Source of the DNA: an uncultured Gemmatimonadaceae bacterium
Lineage (GTDB): Bacteria > Gemmatimonadota > Gemmatimonadetes > Gemmatimonadales > Gemmatimonadaceae
NCBI GenBank assembly: GCA_963761305.1
Contig: CAVXGK010000002.1
Coordinates: forward strand, 2,336,001-2,400,000
Length of the DNA stretch: 64,000 nt
Reading direction: 5' to 3'
Shown: positions 50,447 to 61,519 of the stretch, piece by piece
How the letters are laid out: every line of letters begins with the position of its first letter
Numbering within the stretch: the first letter of the stretch is position 1
The notes under the pieces: model-generated
The model's database searches: none
What the model saw: the letters and a program-made list of their open reading frames with translations, nothing else
What the model was told of the DNA's origin: nothing
Translations under genes and position numbers: made by a program

Positions 50447-52039
50447 CTACGGGCGCTGCGCCGCCTTCCAGCTTCTCGGCGCCTGATCGCACCCCGGAAC
50501 GCGCATCGGCTGGCCGGTTCGCGCATCCGTCGGTGGCACTCGCCGCACACGTGAGACGAACGTCGGATCCTCCGACGCCTGGTACGCGAACATCGCCACC
50601 AGCGTCGCGTTCCGCTTCACCTCGTCGAAGTTGATCTTGTCGTAGGTGTCGCGGTTCGTGTGCCACGTGTAGTCGGTGTACGACCAGTCCGACGACGACA
50701 GGAAGAACGCCGGCGCGTCGCGGCAGTCGAACGCGTCGCTGTCGGTGCTCTCGTCATGCGCGATGCCGGGGAACATGAGCGTGACGTTCTTCGTCAGATC
50801 CGCCGGCATGCGCGACATCCAGCGGGCGAGCGCCGGCGTGGCGTCGACGAAGCCGTTGGTCTGCACCGAGTCGATCTCGCCGGTGCCGTTGTCCTGGTTG
50901 AACAGCGCCTGCAATCCCTTGATGACCTCCGGATGGTCGGCGGCGAACGCGGTCGACCCGATGTCGCCCTCCTCTTCGCCGCTCCAATGCCCGACCAGAA
51001 TGGTGCGCTTGGGATTCGGGTACGCCGTCTTCAGGATGCGCATCGCCTCGAGCATGGTGATCGTGCCGGTGCCGTTGTCCGTCGCCCCGCTCCCGGCGTC
51101 CCACGAATCGAGGTGGGCCGAGAGCATCACGTACTCGTTGGGCTTCTCCGAGCCATTCATGCGCGCGACGGTGTTGAATACCGGCGACTCATTCCCTGCG
51201 AGCGACGCCTCGGCGAGAGCGTGCACGCGCGGGTGCTGCCCGTTGGAGGCGAGGCGCGCGAGCAGGCTGTAGTCCTCGCACGACACGTCGAACGACGGTA
51301 TGAGCGACGCGCGCGCGGATTGGATCTTGTCCACGCCCCAGCCGTGCGACCACGTGTTGGACAGAAGCCCGGCCGCGCCGGCGCGCTCGAGGATCGGACC
51401 CAACACCCGCGCGTTGAGGTGCGCCGCGACGAGTCGCGCGTTCCAATCGGCCTGCACGCTGTCGCGCTGTGCGACGGCGTGATGATAGACCGCTGAGTCG
51501 GCCCAGAATCGAATGTCGGAGTCGGGACGACACGAAGGCTGCGGCATGCTCACCAGCACCAGCTTCCCTTTCACGCCGCCGAGCCACCGCACGAACCCCG
51601 CGCTGTCGCCGATCTCGCGGGCGGGCGGAACGATCACCACGTCGGCGGTCACGCCTCCGGAAGGCGTGGTGGCGCTCCACGCGTGCATCGTCGCCTCGAG
51701 CACACGTTCCCGCGGCGAAACGAGCTCGAGACCGCTCGGGCCGCGCGTCCAGTCGCGCCACGTGCCGTACTGCTCGTTCTTGGCGTCGATTCCCCACGCC
51801 TTGTAGGTCCGCAGCAGCCAGTCATTCGCGAAGCGGTTGGCCGGCGAGCCGGTGAGCCTCGGCCCGATCGAGTCCATCAACACCTGGGCGAGCTGCGGCG
51901 CATGCGAGCGTCGCATGCCCTCCTCGTAGATCTTTTGGACGATCGGGTCGCCGGTAGGATTGTCCTGCGCCAACGCGCGCGCGGGCATCGCCGCTCTTGC
52001 AACGCATGCGACGAGTGAGACAGCCAGAATTGTTCTCAT
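50447..52039 (-). CDS. M28-family secreted metallopeptidase (carboxypeptidase Q-like)
   Basis: IGPRLTGS, SAHLDSWD, GATDNGTG, WSGEEEG, WHTNRDTYD; signal peptide. Confidence 0.9.
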   Translation of the reverse strand: MRTILAVSLVACVARAAMPARALAQDNPTGDPIVQKIYEEGMRRSHAPQLAQVLMDSIGPRLTGSPANRFANDWLLRTYKAWGIDAKNEQYGTWRDWTRGPSGLELVSPRERVLEATMHAWSATTPSGGVTADVVIVPPAREIGDSAGFVRWLGGVKGKLVLVSMPQPSCRPDSDIRFWADSAVYHHAVAQRDSVQADWNARLVAAHLNARVLGPILERAGAAGLLSNTWSHGWGVDKIQSARASLIPSFDVSCEDYSLLARLASNGQHPRVHALAEASLAGNESPVFNTVARMNGSEKPNEYVMLSAHLDSWDAGSGATDNGTGTITMLEAMRILKTAYPNPKRTILVGHWSGEEEGDIGSTAFAADHPEVIKGLQALFNQDNGTGEIDSVQTNGFVDATPALARWMSRMPADLTKNVTLMFPGIAHDESTDSDAFDCRDAPAFFLSSSDWSYTDYTWHTNRDTYDKINFDEVKRNATLVAMFAYQASEDPTFVSRVRRVPPTDARTGQPMRVPGCDQAPRSWKAAQRP

Positions 52040-52083
52040 GGACGGGACGTTAGTGAGATGCCCCGGACCGACGCTAGTTGTCG

Positions 52084-53268
52084 CTAGTTGTGGTTCGGCG
52101 GCCGGCTGAGGACGAGCGTGAGCGGCACTGTGTCGGCCGGCGAGATCGTCACGGTGAGCGTCGTGTCGCGGTAGCCGTCGAGGTGCAGGCGAAGCGGGCG
52201 CGCGCCAACCGGAACAAAAAAGAGCGAGACGGTTCCGGTGCCCGTGGTCTTGGCGCTCGTGCGCGTGAGCGTGTCGATGACGTCGACGTTGGGGAGCGGA
52301 TCACCAGTCCCGCCGTCGAACACGCCGACCACGCGAAAGCGATAGCGCGGCAGCGAGTCGAGATCCGATGCAATGCTGCGGCGCGGACGGTCGGCGATCA
52401 CATAGGATCCGACGCCGTCGTCGTAGCCGATCCCATCCTTCAACACGATGAACATCGCCATGGAGTCGTGCGCCTTCCCGACCGACATGTCGAAGCAGTC
52501 GTGGTAGGTGATCTCGGCGATGTGCTCGGGTTTGATCGAGTGGAGAATCGACAGCACGGTGTCGATGTGGCTGAACTGCGGGAAGGCCGGGCGCAGCGGC
52601 GGCGGCGCGCCCGAGCGAGAAAGCCGCGGATTGGGACGAGTCGGCGGGGTCGAGATGCCGAGCGCGGGCTTGCGGCCCGCGACGTACTGCGAGTCCACCA
52701 CGGGAAGCACCACGCGCCGCCCGTTCACCCACACGTTCTCGATCCAGCCGTTGTGATCGGTCCACGGTATGGCGCAGGCTTGCGCGCCGCCGCGGCTCGT
52801 CATCATGTCGGGCCGGAGCTTGAAGACATCCGATGCGTCGAGAATCGTGCGACTGCTGTTCTCGATGTCTTCGGCGTCGAGGTGGTAGCTCTTGCGCTTG
52901 AGATCCTCTTGCGCCGTGACGTTCACCGCGGCCAGCGCGGTGACGGTGCGTGACAGCGTCACCGTCATGGTCGTGCTGTCGGCGCTCGGCGAGTTGAAGA
53001 AGCGGTAGAACGGCTGGTAGCCGATCTTCCGCGCCACGAGCTGAAGGTTCGCTTCGCCGGCCGGCACGGTGAGCCGCGCACGACCGGCGGCGTTGGTCGC
53101 CGTGTGCGCGACAACGCCAGAAATGCCCCGCACCACCGAAACGTCCGCGTCGGCCACCGGCGCGTTCGCCGAGTCAGCGACGCGAACGGCGATGACGACC
53201 GTCGGCACCGCCTGCCCAAACGCCCGCGCCGGGAGAATGGCGAGAAAACAGAGAGCAAGCACCCTCAT
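52084..53268 (-). CDS. Secreted protein with carboxypeptidase-regulatory-like domains and plug-like middle
   Basis: MRVLALCFLAILPARAFGQ signal, RKIGYQ, GDPLPNVDV. Confidence 0.7.
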   Translation of the reverse strand: MRVLALCFLAILPARAFGQAVPTVVIAVRVADSANAPVADADVSVVRGISGVVAHTATNAAGRARLTVPAGEANLQLVARKIGYQPFYRFFNSPSADSTTMTVTLSRTVTALAAVNVTAQEDLKRKSYHLDAEDIENSSRTILDASDVFKLRPDMMTSRGGAQACAIPWTDHNGWIENVWVNGRRVVLPVVDSQYVAGRKPALGISTPPTRPNPRLSRSGAPPPLRPAFPQFSHIDTVLSILHSIKPEHIAEITYHDCFDMSVGKAHDSMAMFIVLKDGIGYDDGVGSYVIADRPRRSIASDLDSLPRYRFRVVGVFDGGTGDPLPNVDVIDTLTRTSAKTTGTGTVSLFFVPVGARPLRLHLDGYRDTTLTVTISPADTVPLTLVLSRPPNHN

Positions 53269-53276
53269 CGTGCGAT

Positions 53277-56271
53277 TCACCGCTTTATCGGTCCACCGGT
53301 CCACCCGTCCACCCGTCCACCCGTCCACCCGCTTACGGTCTCCCGCCGCGCCCCACCGGGCTCCCCGCCTGCACCGCACGCCGCGCCGGGCGCGTTCGTT
53401 CCATCCTTTAGAATCTTCTGACGCGCCAGGTAGGACTCGCCGTCGGTGATCCACGACGCCGGCGGATCGCCCTTGAGGAAGTAGCCGAACCACTCGAGCT
53501 GGCGGTGCAGATAGTCGGCTTGGCTCTCCGGACGCGCGACGTTGTGGTTCTCGCCCTCGTACACGAGATACACCACCTGCTTGCCGAGCCGCCGGCCGAA
53601 GTTGTAGAGCTCTTCGCTCTGGAAGTGGTTCACGTTGCCGTCGGCGTCGCCTTCCTCGAGCAGCAGCGGCGTGTGGAGCGAATCCACCGCGTAGACGGTC
53701 GAGTTGCGGATGTACGCCTGCGGATCTTCCCACAGCGGGACCTGCATGCGCTCCTGACTCGTCTCGTAGTGGCCCGTCTCGGGAAGCCCGCTGTTGCCCG
53801 ACGTGTAGCCGTACATGCTGATCAAGTCGGTGAGCGGCGCGCCGGCGATCGACGCGGCGAACGTGCCGTGGTTGTGCACCGCATAAAACGCCGACTGATA
53901 GCCGCCCCACGAGTGTCCCATGTTGCCGACGTGCTTCGGGTCGATGTCGGCGACCTTCGCTTCGACGGCGGCGACGGCCGACGTCACGCAATCGAGCCCG
54001 GAATATCCCGGATTGCGCGCCTGAAACACGATGTCCGGCCGCAGCACGAAGTAGCCGTTCTGGCTGAACACTTCTGTGTTATAGGGATTCCGCTCGTTGG
54101 GCATCAGATACTGATGGAATCCCTGCGACAGCTTCTCATAGTAGTAGACGACCATCGGATACTTCTTGCCCGGCTCGTAGTTGGCCGGATACGTCAGCAT
54201 CATCTGGAGCTTGTCGCCGCGCTTGTTGGCGTAGTTCATCAGGACCTGCTTGCCCCACGCGTAGTCGCTCTGGAAGGCGTTCGTCGCCGACACGCGCTTC
54301 CCGTCGGCCAATGACGCACCGGCGACGTAGTAGTTCGGCGCCTCCTCGGCCGTCTGTTCCTCGAGCAGGAAGACGTCGGCGTTTTCGGCACGCCGGAGGC
54401 CGGTCACGCTCTTGTCGAGCCACACGAGCGGTTGCGCAGGCTGGCCGATCGTGAGCCGCGAGTATCCGCTCTTCTTGTTGTACTCGCCGGTCGCCGAGAG
54501 AACGAGCGGCTTCGACGCGTCGATTGTTCTTCCTTCTCCGTCGAGTTGACACGGCGTCGAGCGGGCCCCGGCCCCGCCTCGTCCTCCGCGGCCGCCGCCA
54601 CCGCCGCCGAATCCACCACCTTCGTTCACGCATCGAAAGACCGTCGAATCCTCTCGGCCGTGCGTCAGACGCGTGGCCGACGATCCATCGATCGCGATCT
54701 GCCAGAGGTCGAAGCGGTCGTTCACCAGCACCGACTTCTCACCGGTGGTGAATCCGGCGAGCCCGTACGCGCGGCGCTCCGGCACCGGATGGTCGTCCTC
54801 GGCGTTCACGAAACCGACCTTGAGCTTGCCGGTGAGATTCGTGCGCGTACCGCTCTGAAGGTCGAGCACCATCCACTGGCCGTCCTGCTGGTACGTGGCG
54901 TAGCGGCCGCTCGGGCTGAGCGTGGCGCCGTAAGGCGACTTGGTGAGGATCTTCGTGCGCTTGCCGGTGCCGACGTCGACCGAATAGACGTCGCGAACCT
55001 GGCGGCCGGACATGAACTCCTTGGCGTACGGGCCTTCGTCGCTCGCCAGAGCCACGGCGCCGTTCTCGGAGAGCTGCACCGTCTCGAGCGGATCGTCGCT
55101 CAGCCGCACGACCGACGGGCCGCCGACGTGCCAGGCGACGAGCGTGGTGCGCGAGCGATCCTGGCCGGCGCTCACTTCCTGCTGGTGGAACTCGCGGACG
55201 TCCTTCCAGTGCCACACCTGCACGCGTGCCGGCGGCAGCTCACCCGGTGCGCGGCGCTCGGCGGGAGGCGCCTTCGCTTCCCGCGGTGCGACACCGAAGA
55301 ACAGCGTGGCGCCATCGTCCGACCAGCTCGGCGCGCGATACGCGGCGACGCGGAGTCCGGCCGGGAACGAGTGATCGTTCGAGAAATCATATGTCTGTTT
55401 CGCGGCGGAGGCGCCGACGCCGTGCCAGGCCAGAACGGCGTAGGCCGTGTCGGCGAAACGCGCTGTCCGTCTTGCTGCGCAGGGCGACGAGGTCGGCGGA
55501 ATGCGACCGCCACGTGAGGCCCGTGTAGAGCGCGTCGCTGGCGTCGAGCGAACGGACGACACCAGTCTTTGTCTCGAGCACCTGGACGCCGTTCCCCGTG
55601 TGGCCGTCGACGTCGATCGTCATGGCGAGCATCGACCCGTCGTCGTTCCACGCGCTCTCGGACACGTTGCCGAACGCCAGCTCGGTGCCCGCGTCGAGGT
55701 CGCGCACGATCACGTCGGCGGCGCGTCGGCCGGCCGCCGGATAGCGGCGCAGCGCCACGTGCGAGCCGTCGCTGCTCAGCGTGTACGACTGGATGTCGTC
55801 GAGCGTGGTGAGCGTTCCCGTGCGCAGATCGACCACGCCGACCTTGTTTCGATTCGGAGCGGTGCCGCCTTCGGCTGCCGGTTCACCGCCGCCGCGACCG
55901 CCGCGACCACCGCCGCCGCCGGCGCGTCCGCGCCCGCCGCGACCGCCCGCGGTGTCGGGCGTGATCGTGTAGAGCAGCCAGCGGCTATTGCCGGTGAACT
56001 GCGGATTCGTCGCCGAGCGCGCCGTCGTTTCCTTGTCGGTACCGACCGCGCGGTAGTGAAGCTCGGTCGATCCGTTGCCGCGCCGCAGATCGAAGGCGAG
56101 CCACTTTCCGTCGGGCGACAACGCGCCGGCGCCGAGTGTCTCCCATTTCGCGTAGTCGGCGCTGGTGAGGGTCGGCTTCGCCGGAGCGTGTTGGGGGGGC
56201 TGTTGCGCGGCGAGGGGTGCCGCGAGGATCGCGGCGGCGGCGATGGTGGAGAAGCGAAGTGCGCTCGACAT
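53277..56271 (-). CDS. S9 prolyl oligopeptidase/acylaminoacyl peptidase family; frameshift at about 55457, probable true stop at 53333
   Basis: Signal peptide, SPDGKW propeller repeats, GHSWGG nucleophile, GDADGNV, GENH. Removing one G near 53352 gives the C-terminus PGGRGGRP*. Confidence 0.88.
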
Positions 56272-56385
56272 GGAACGCCTCAGTGAGAATGGCTCGGGCG
56301 ACGGGGGGCGGGGGCGATGGATTCGTTCGGATCATACGTCCCGGGCGACGCGTTGACAAATGGACTCGCGCCGGACGGGTGGCTG

Positions 56386-56422
56386 AAAAACAATCAACCC
56401 GCGGCGACCGCCGCGGGTTGAT
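56386..56422 (-). terminator. Rho-independent terminator after susD
   Basis: atcaacccgcggc-gacc-gccgcgggttgat with an A-run on the plus side (U-run on minus). Confidence 0.8.
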
Positions 56423-56444
56423 CGAAACTAGGGTCGAGCGGATG

Positions 56445-57836
56445 CTACGCGTTGCGATCGAGGCATCCGTGGAACAGCGGATTCACCTGCTCGCTGTTCG
56501 GCACCGGCAAGTTCACGTCGGTTCCGAATGAACCGCCCTTGAAGTAGCCGCCCGTCGGGAAGACGTTGTCCTGCGTCCGCTTGTACTGGTAGATCAAGCG
56601 GCGCAGGTCGGGAAGCCGTTCGCCACGTCCGAACGTCCAGAACGCCTTCTCCCGGAACAGGAGATTGGTAGCGCTGTTCTGGTCGGCGGGGGTCGCGCAG
56701 CGCCGGCAGCGCCGGGATCGCGATGTTGCCGATGCGTCGGCTTGGCCGCGCGCAGGGCGTTGAGGATCGTCATCATCCCCGGAATGTCATTCGCCTGCAG
56801 CCTGGCTTCGGCCTCGTACAGTCTGGCGTCGATTCCCGAACCGAGCACGACCGGGTCGAACTGGTTTTTGATGAGGAGGTTGAGGAACGATTGGCGTGGA
56901 CTGATCCTCCGCGCCAATGACCGGGCTGGATAGCTTGCCGCTGATCGTCGGCACGCGCGGGTCGTTCGCCGAGACGAACGGAAGCGCGTTCTTGATGACC
57001 GTCGGCGACCCGTTCACGATGTCGACGCTGTCGCCAACCGTGACGCGCGCGATGGAGTTGACGAGGCTCCAGATGCCGTTGTTCCACCGCCCGTGGCGGA
57101 GAACGTCATCGTGTACTGGAACGGTCGTCGGGACGTTCGCGGTGACCGCGGCGACGGCGCCGAAATTCCCCTTGTCCACCAGGATTCTCGCCTTCATGAT
57201 CGCCGCGAAGTTGTGGATGCCGACCGTTCCGGCGTCGGTCGCAGTCGTGAGAGCGAGCGCTGAATCGAGGTGAGCCGAAGCGCTGTCGTACACCTGCTGG
57301 GTCGTCAGCGGAGCGCCGAAGGTCTGCACACCGCTGATGGTGTGGCCGAGCGGAATGCCGTTGCAGAAGTTGTCGGCCAAGGTCATCTCGAGGTATCCCA
57401 GCTCCGCCCACAGTTCGCCGCGGAGGCCGGTGCTGTCGGGCAGGAACGTCTTCATCGCGGTGATCGCGTCGCGAACGAATCCTCGGGACTGCGTGATCGC
57501 CGGGTACAGGCCGCTGGTGATGCCGTTGGCCGGATCGATGGTGCGTTGATCGACGTCCACGCGATCGGTCAAGAAATCGGAGTTCTTGTACTCGTCGGCG
57601 AGCGTTCCGCCGTATTCCCAAACCGCCTCGGTGCCGTCGGCGTTCGTGAGCTGCTTGTAGCGGCTGAGCGCGCCGACACGAAGTGCCAGCGCCGCCGTCG
57701 GCGTGCCTACCGCCGACGGGTCGATGATGCCGGGGTTCTGCGGCTGCAGCAGCTGGTCCTTCACATTACAGCCGGTGAGCGCCACGAAGGCGAGCCCGGC
57801 GACCGCGCACAGAGCGGCGTGCGTCTTGTTCACCAT
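56445..57836 (-). pseudogene. SusD/RagB-like lipoprotein, multiply frameshifted
   Basis: LTGC lipobox, LADNFCNGIP, ARLYEAEA; C-terminus GCLDRNA*; fragments lie in different frames. Confidence 0.75.
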
Positions 57837-57855
57837 GGTTTCGTCCTCGAAAGGG

Positions 57856-60800
57856 TCAGTACTTCAGGTTGAGTCGAGCGGTGAGGTACGTCGGCTGCGG
57901 TGCGGTGTTGAACTCGTTCTGACGCTTCGGCCGCGTTCACGCCGTAGTTCGACTCGGGATCGAGACCCGGTGAACTTCGTCCACAGGTGCAGGTTCCGCG
58001 CGCCGAGCACGATCGTCGATCCCGGACCGCCGCGCACCATGTGCAGGAGCTGCGGCGGGAGCGTGTACGTGATCGACAACTCACGCCAGCGCCAGAACTG
58101 ATCGCTCACGTAGTAGCCGAGCGTCGTCTTCGTGCGTGGTGCCGTTGTATGAGGGAGCCGAGCGTTGCGGCCACGGCGCGCGCCTGCATCCACAGCGGAG
58201 CCGTCGGGATCCATGTCTTCCTGGCATCCCTGCGGCGCCGACGTGCAATCGAATCCGTTCGTTCCGTCGACAGTGTTGCCGCCGCTGCGGTAGTCGAACA
58301 GCGCCGAGATGCGGAGTCTTGCGATGGAAGAGATCGATGCCGTTCTGGATCGAGACGACGTCGCGCGGGAAATTGTAGCCCGGTGTTGAACCGCGCCGGA
58401 TCGACCGTGATTTCGGACCGCTGGATCACGCCGTCGTGGTTCGCATCGGCCCAGTGATAGGCCTTGATACCACTGCGCGTTCAGGGCGGAAGCCCTGGCG
58501 TTGCTCGGTCGTGAGGCCGGCGCCGATGATACGCTCTGACGCCCGTCGTCGGATCGATGCCCAGCTCGAGCCACTTGTTGCTGTTGTGCGACGCGCTGAG
58601 CGTGACGTCGTAGCCGAACGCCGGCGCGTCCACGAGCTGCGCGTTGGCCTGGAACTCGTGACCCCAATTGCGCGTGGAGCCAACGTTCTGGAGAAGGCTC
58701 GTGACTGGCGACGCGACCGACGCCGCGATCGGCACGCTGATCAGGGCATTCGAGGTCTTCTTGTCATAGTACGTGTAATCGAGGTGCAGCCGGCGGTTGA
58801 GCAGGTCGGTCTCGAAACCGCCCTCGAATTCCGCCGAGGTTTCCGGCTTGAGGTTCGCGTTGCCCGGGTTCGATGGCGACCAGCCCCGATTGGTCCGAGT
58901 CGCCGTCGTCGTTCCGACTTTCGACAAGCTCGTCGTGGCGGCCGAGAACGTCTGCAGCGCCGCCGTGGCGCCCGGCTGCACGCCATTCTGCGCCATACGC
59001 GCTGCGGAGGCGGAAGGAGTTCAGCCAGTCCAATTTCGGGAAGAACGACTCGTCGGACATGAGCCAGGAGACGCTGACCTTCGGATAGACGACGTGCTGG
59101 AAGTTCGAGCCGAACGCGCTGTTCTGGTCCGTGCGAACCGCGCCGGTGAGGAACAACCGATCGCGAAGAGCAGCCTGCTCCTGCACGTAGAAGCCGAGTG
59201 TCTTGACCGCCGTCGGCTCCTGCGCGCTGAAACTGACGAACCGTGGCCGTTGCGCCGAGGCTCGACGCGCCAGGCGCGAGGCCGCGACCCTGGGCGCTTT
59301 CACAGTCCGATCTCAGCGTTGGTATAGTCGCCGCCAACCGACGTCTTGAGGTTGGCCCATGGTTTGGCCTGCCATGATCGCCGTGCTGGCGAACTTTGCG
59401 CTGAGGGTTCGGAAGTTGTTGTTTGTCGTCGAACACGTTGCCGGCGGTGGACGTAGCGCCCGAGTTCGGGCACTCGTTCAAGCGGCAGATGTGGTACGTG
59501 TCGTTGATCGCGAGGTCGACGCCGACCGTGCCTTCGTTCTGCATCCACGAGAAGGGCCGCCAGTTCGCGTCCAGGCTTCCGGTCGTTCGCTGCACGTCGA
59601 CGGGCGTGTCGGTACTGCATGACCGAGCCCGGCGCGAACGAGTTGTAGTCATGGAGTGGGAAACCGGTCGGATCGGTGTAGGGCTTGTCGAGGCCGCAAC
59701 CCGGTGTTCTGGGTTCCCGCCGGACATCCCTTGTAGCCGTAGTTCGCCTGGCCGAGATAGAGGGTCGATATCAGCAGCGAGTTGTCAGGCTCGATCGAGT
59801 TGTCCGACTTGCCGAAGCCGGCGTTCGCCGTAAGGTCAAACTTGGGGCTCAGCGCCGCCGACAGGTTGGTGCGGAAGTTCAGCCGCTGCTGGTTCCGCGG
59901 GTGCAGCATGTCCGACGTCACGGGCGTGTGCAGCGAATCCTGGAAGAACCGGATGTCCTGCGCCGGCATCTGGATCGGGCCGAACTCGTTGTCGACATCC
60001 GCGCTCGTGAAGTAGCGAATTAGATCGTTGCCGCCACTGACGTTCATGCCGAACAGGCTTCCGCGACCCAACCCGATCATCGTGTTGGTGGGATCGCTGA
60101 ACGGATCGTAGTGCGTGAGGCTGTCGGAGATGCACGTGGCGCCCTGCGCGATGGAGAAGGCCGACGTCTGCATCTGCGGTAGCTGGCAGCGAATCTCCTT
60201 CGAGGGGTTCGTCGGCGTATGGCCGAAGTTGGCGTACTGGGCCTGGTAGTGGGTGCGGTCGTCGATCGTCCGCGTCTCTGCCGTCCAGTTCCAGTGGGTC
60301 GCGCCGGCGCGGCCCTTTTTCGTCGTGATGACGATGATGCCGTTTGCCGCGTTCGTTCCATATAGCGTCGCGGCCGACGGACCTTTCACGATCTCGACGT
60401 CCTCGATCTCGTTCGGGTCGAGGTTGTTGAGCAGTGAGATCGGCGTCTGGCCAGCGGATGTATTCGGGGCGGAACCGTTCGGGTTCGATACGTTGTAGCG
60501 AACGCCATCGACGTAGAATATCGGCGAATTGCTCAAGCGAGATCGACGAGATTCCGCGCACGCGAATCACCGGCGCGCCGCCGAGCACGGGGCTCGGGAG
60601 GACGCTGACGCCAGGCGCCTTCGCGACCATCAGGTCGGTGATGTTCGAGATCTCGGTCTGCTCGACTTTAGTTCCGACGTCGCCGAGCGTGGAGAGCGCG
60701 TTTCCGAGCTCCACCTTTCGCTGCTGGCCGGTCGCCGTGGTCACGACGTCCTCGAGCTGTGTGACTGCGACTTCGAGTGCGAAGTCGCTCGTCGTCGTAC

Positions 60801-61092
60801 CGCCGGCCGTAACCTCGACCGTCCGTTTGACCGACCGATAGCCGACGCGCAGCACCTGAATCTGCAGGCTGCCCAGCGGCACGTTGCGCAGAGTGTATTT
60901 ACCGTCTTCGCCGGTATTGGCGGACAAAGTGCCGCCGATCACGATGATGCGGGCGTCGACGAGAGGCCGTTCACCGTCCTTCGAGGTGACGTGTCCCGTA
61001 ACGGTGGCTCCCTGCGCGGCCAAGCGGCCACCGAGGGAAGTGAGGGCGAGCGCTGCTCCTGCGACGGCGAGCTTCCAGCGTCCCAAAGTCAT
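57856..61092 (-). pseudogene. SusC/RagA-like TonB-dependent outer-membrane receptor, multiply frameshifted
   Basis: Signal peptide, VVTTATG, IEDVEIVKGPSAATLYGTNAANGIIVITTKKG plug signature, GNANLKPETSAEFEGG; C-terminus NLKY*. Confidence 0.85.
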
Positions 61093-61519
61093 TGTCACTC
61101 CTGTGAGGAGGTCGAGCGGGGGGAACGACCTGAACAACGCAAGGCGGCCAACAAAACCGGCCCCGGTTCCGATGGCGGTGGGGCAGGTCGATGGTGAACT
61201 GCAGCTCTGATTGTTGTGTTGCCGGGGGACTGCGAGGACGGCGGTGGCGTTCAGGTGGGACTGCGGTGGACTGCGGGGGTGGACTGCCACGGCACCAACA
61301 GGTCCGAACCGGGTCGTTTCGCGGGCTTCGGATGGCGGAGACGGTACCGGCTCGACGAATCAACGTCAAGAACCACCAAGGAGAGCAAATCCGTCACATG
61401 GCAGATGTAAGCCATCTGCGGTGGTTCGGTTCCCGTCTCGCGTGGTGCTGGTGTGTTGGCTCATCACGCCGCATTTTCGCATCGTCGCACATACGAATTT
61501 TCCTTTCGAGGAGACCACG

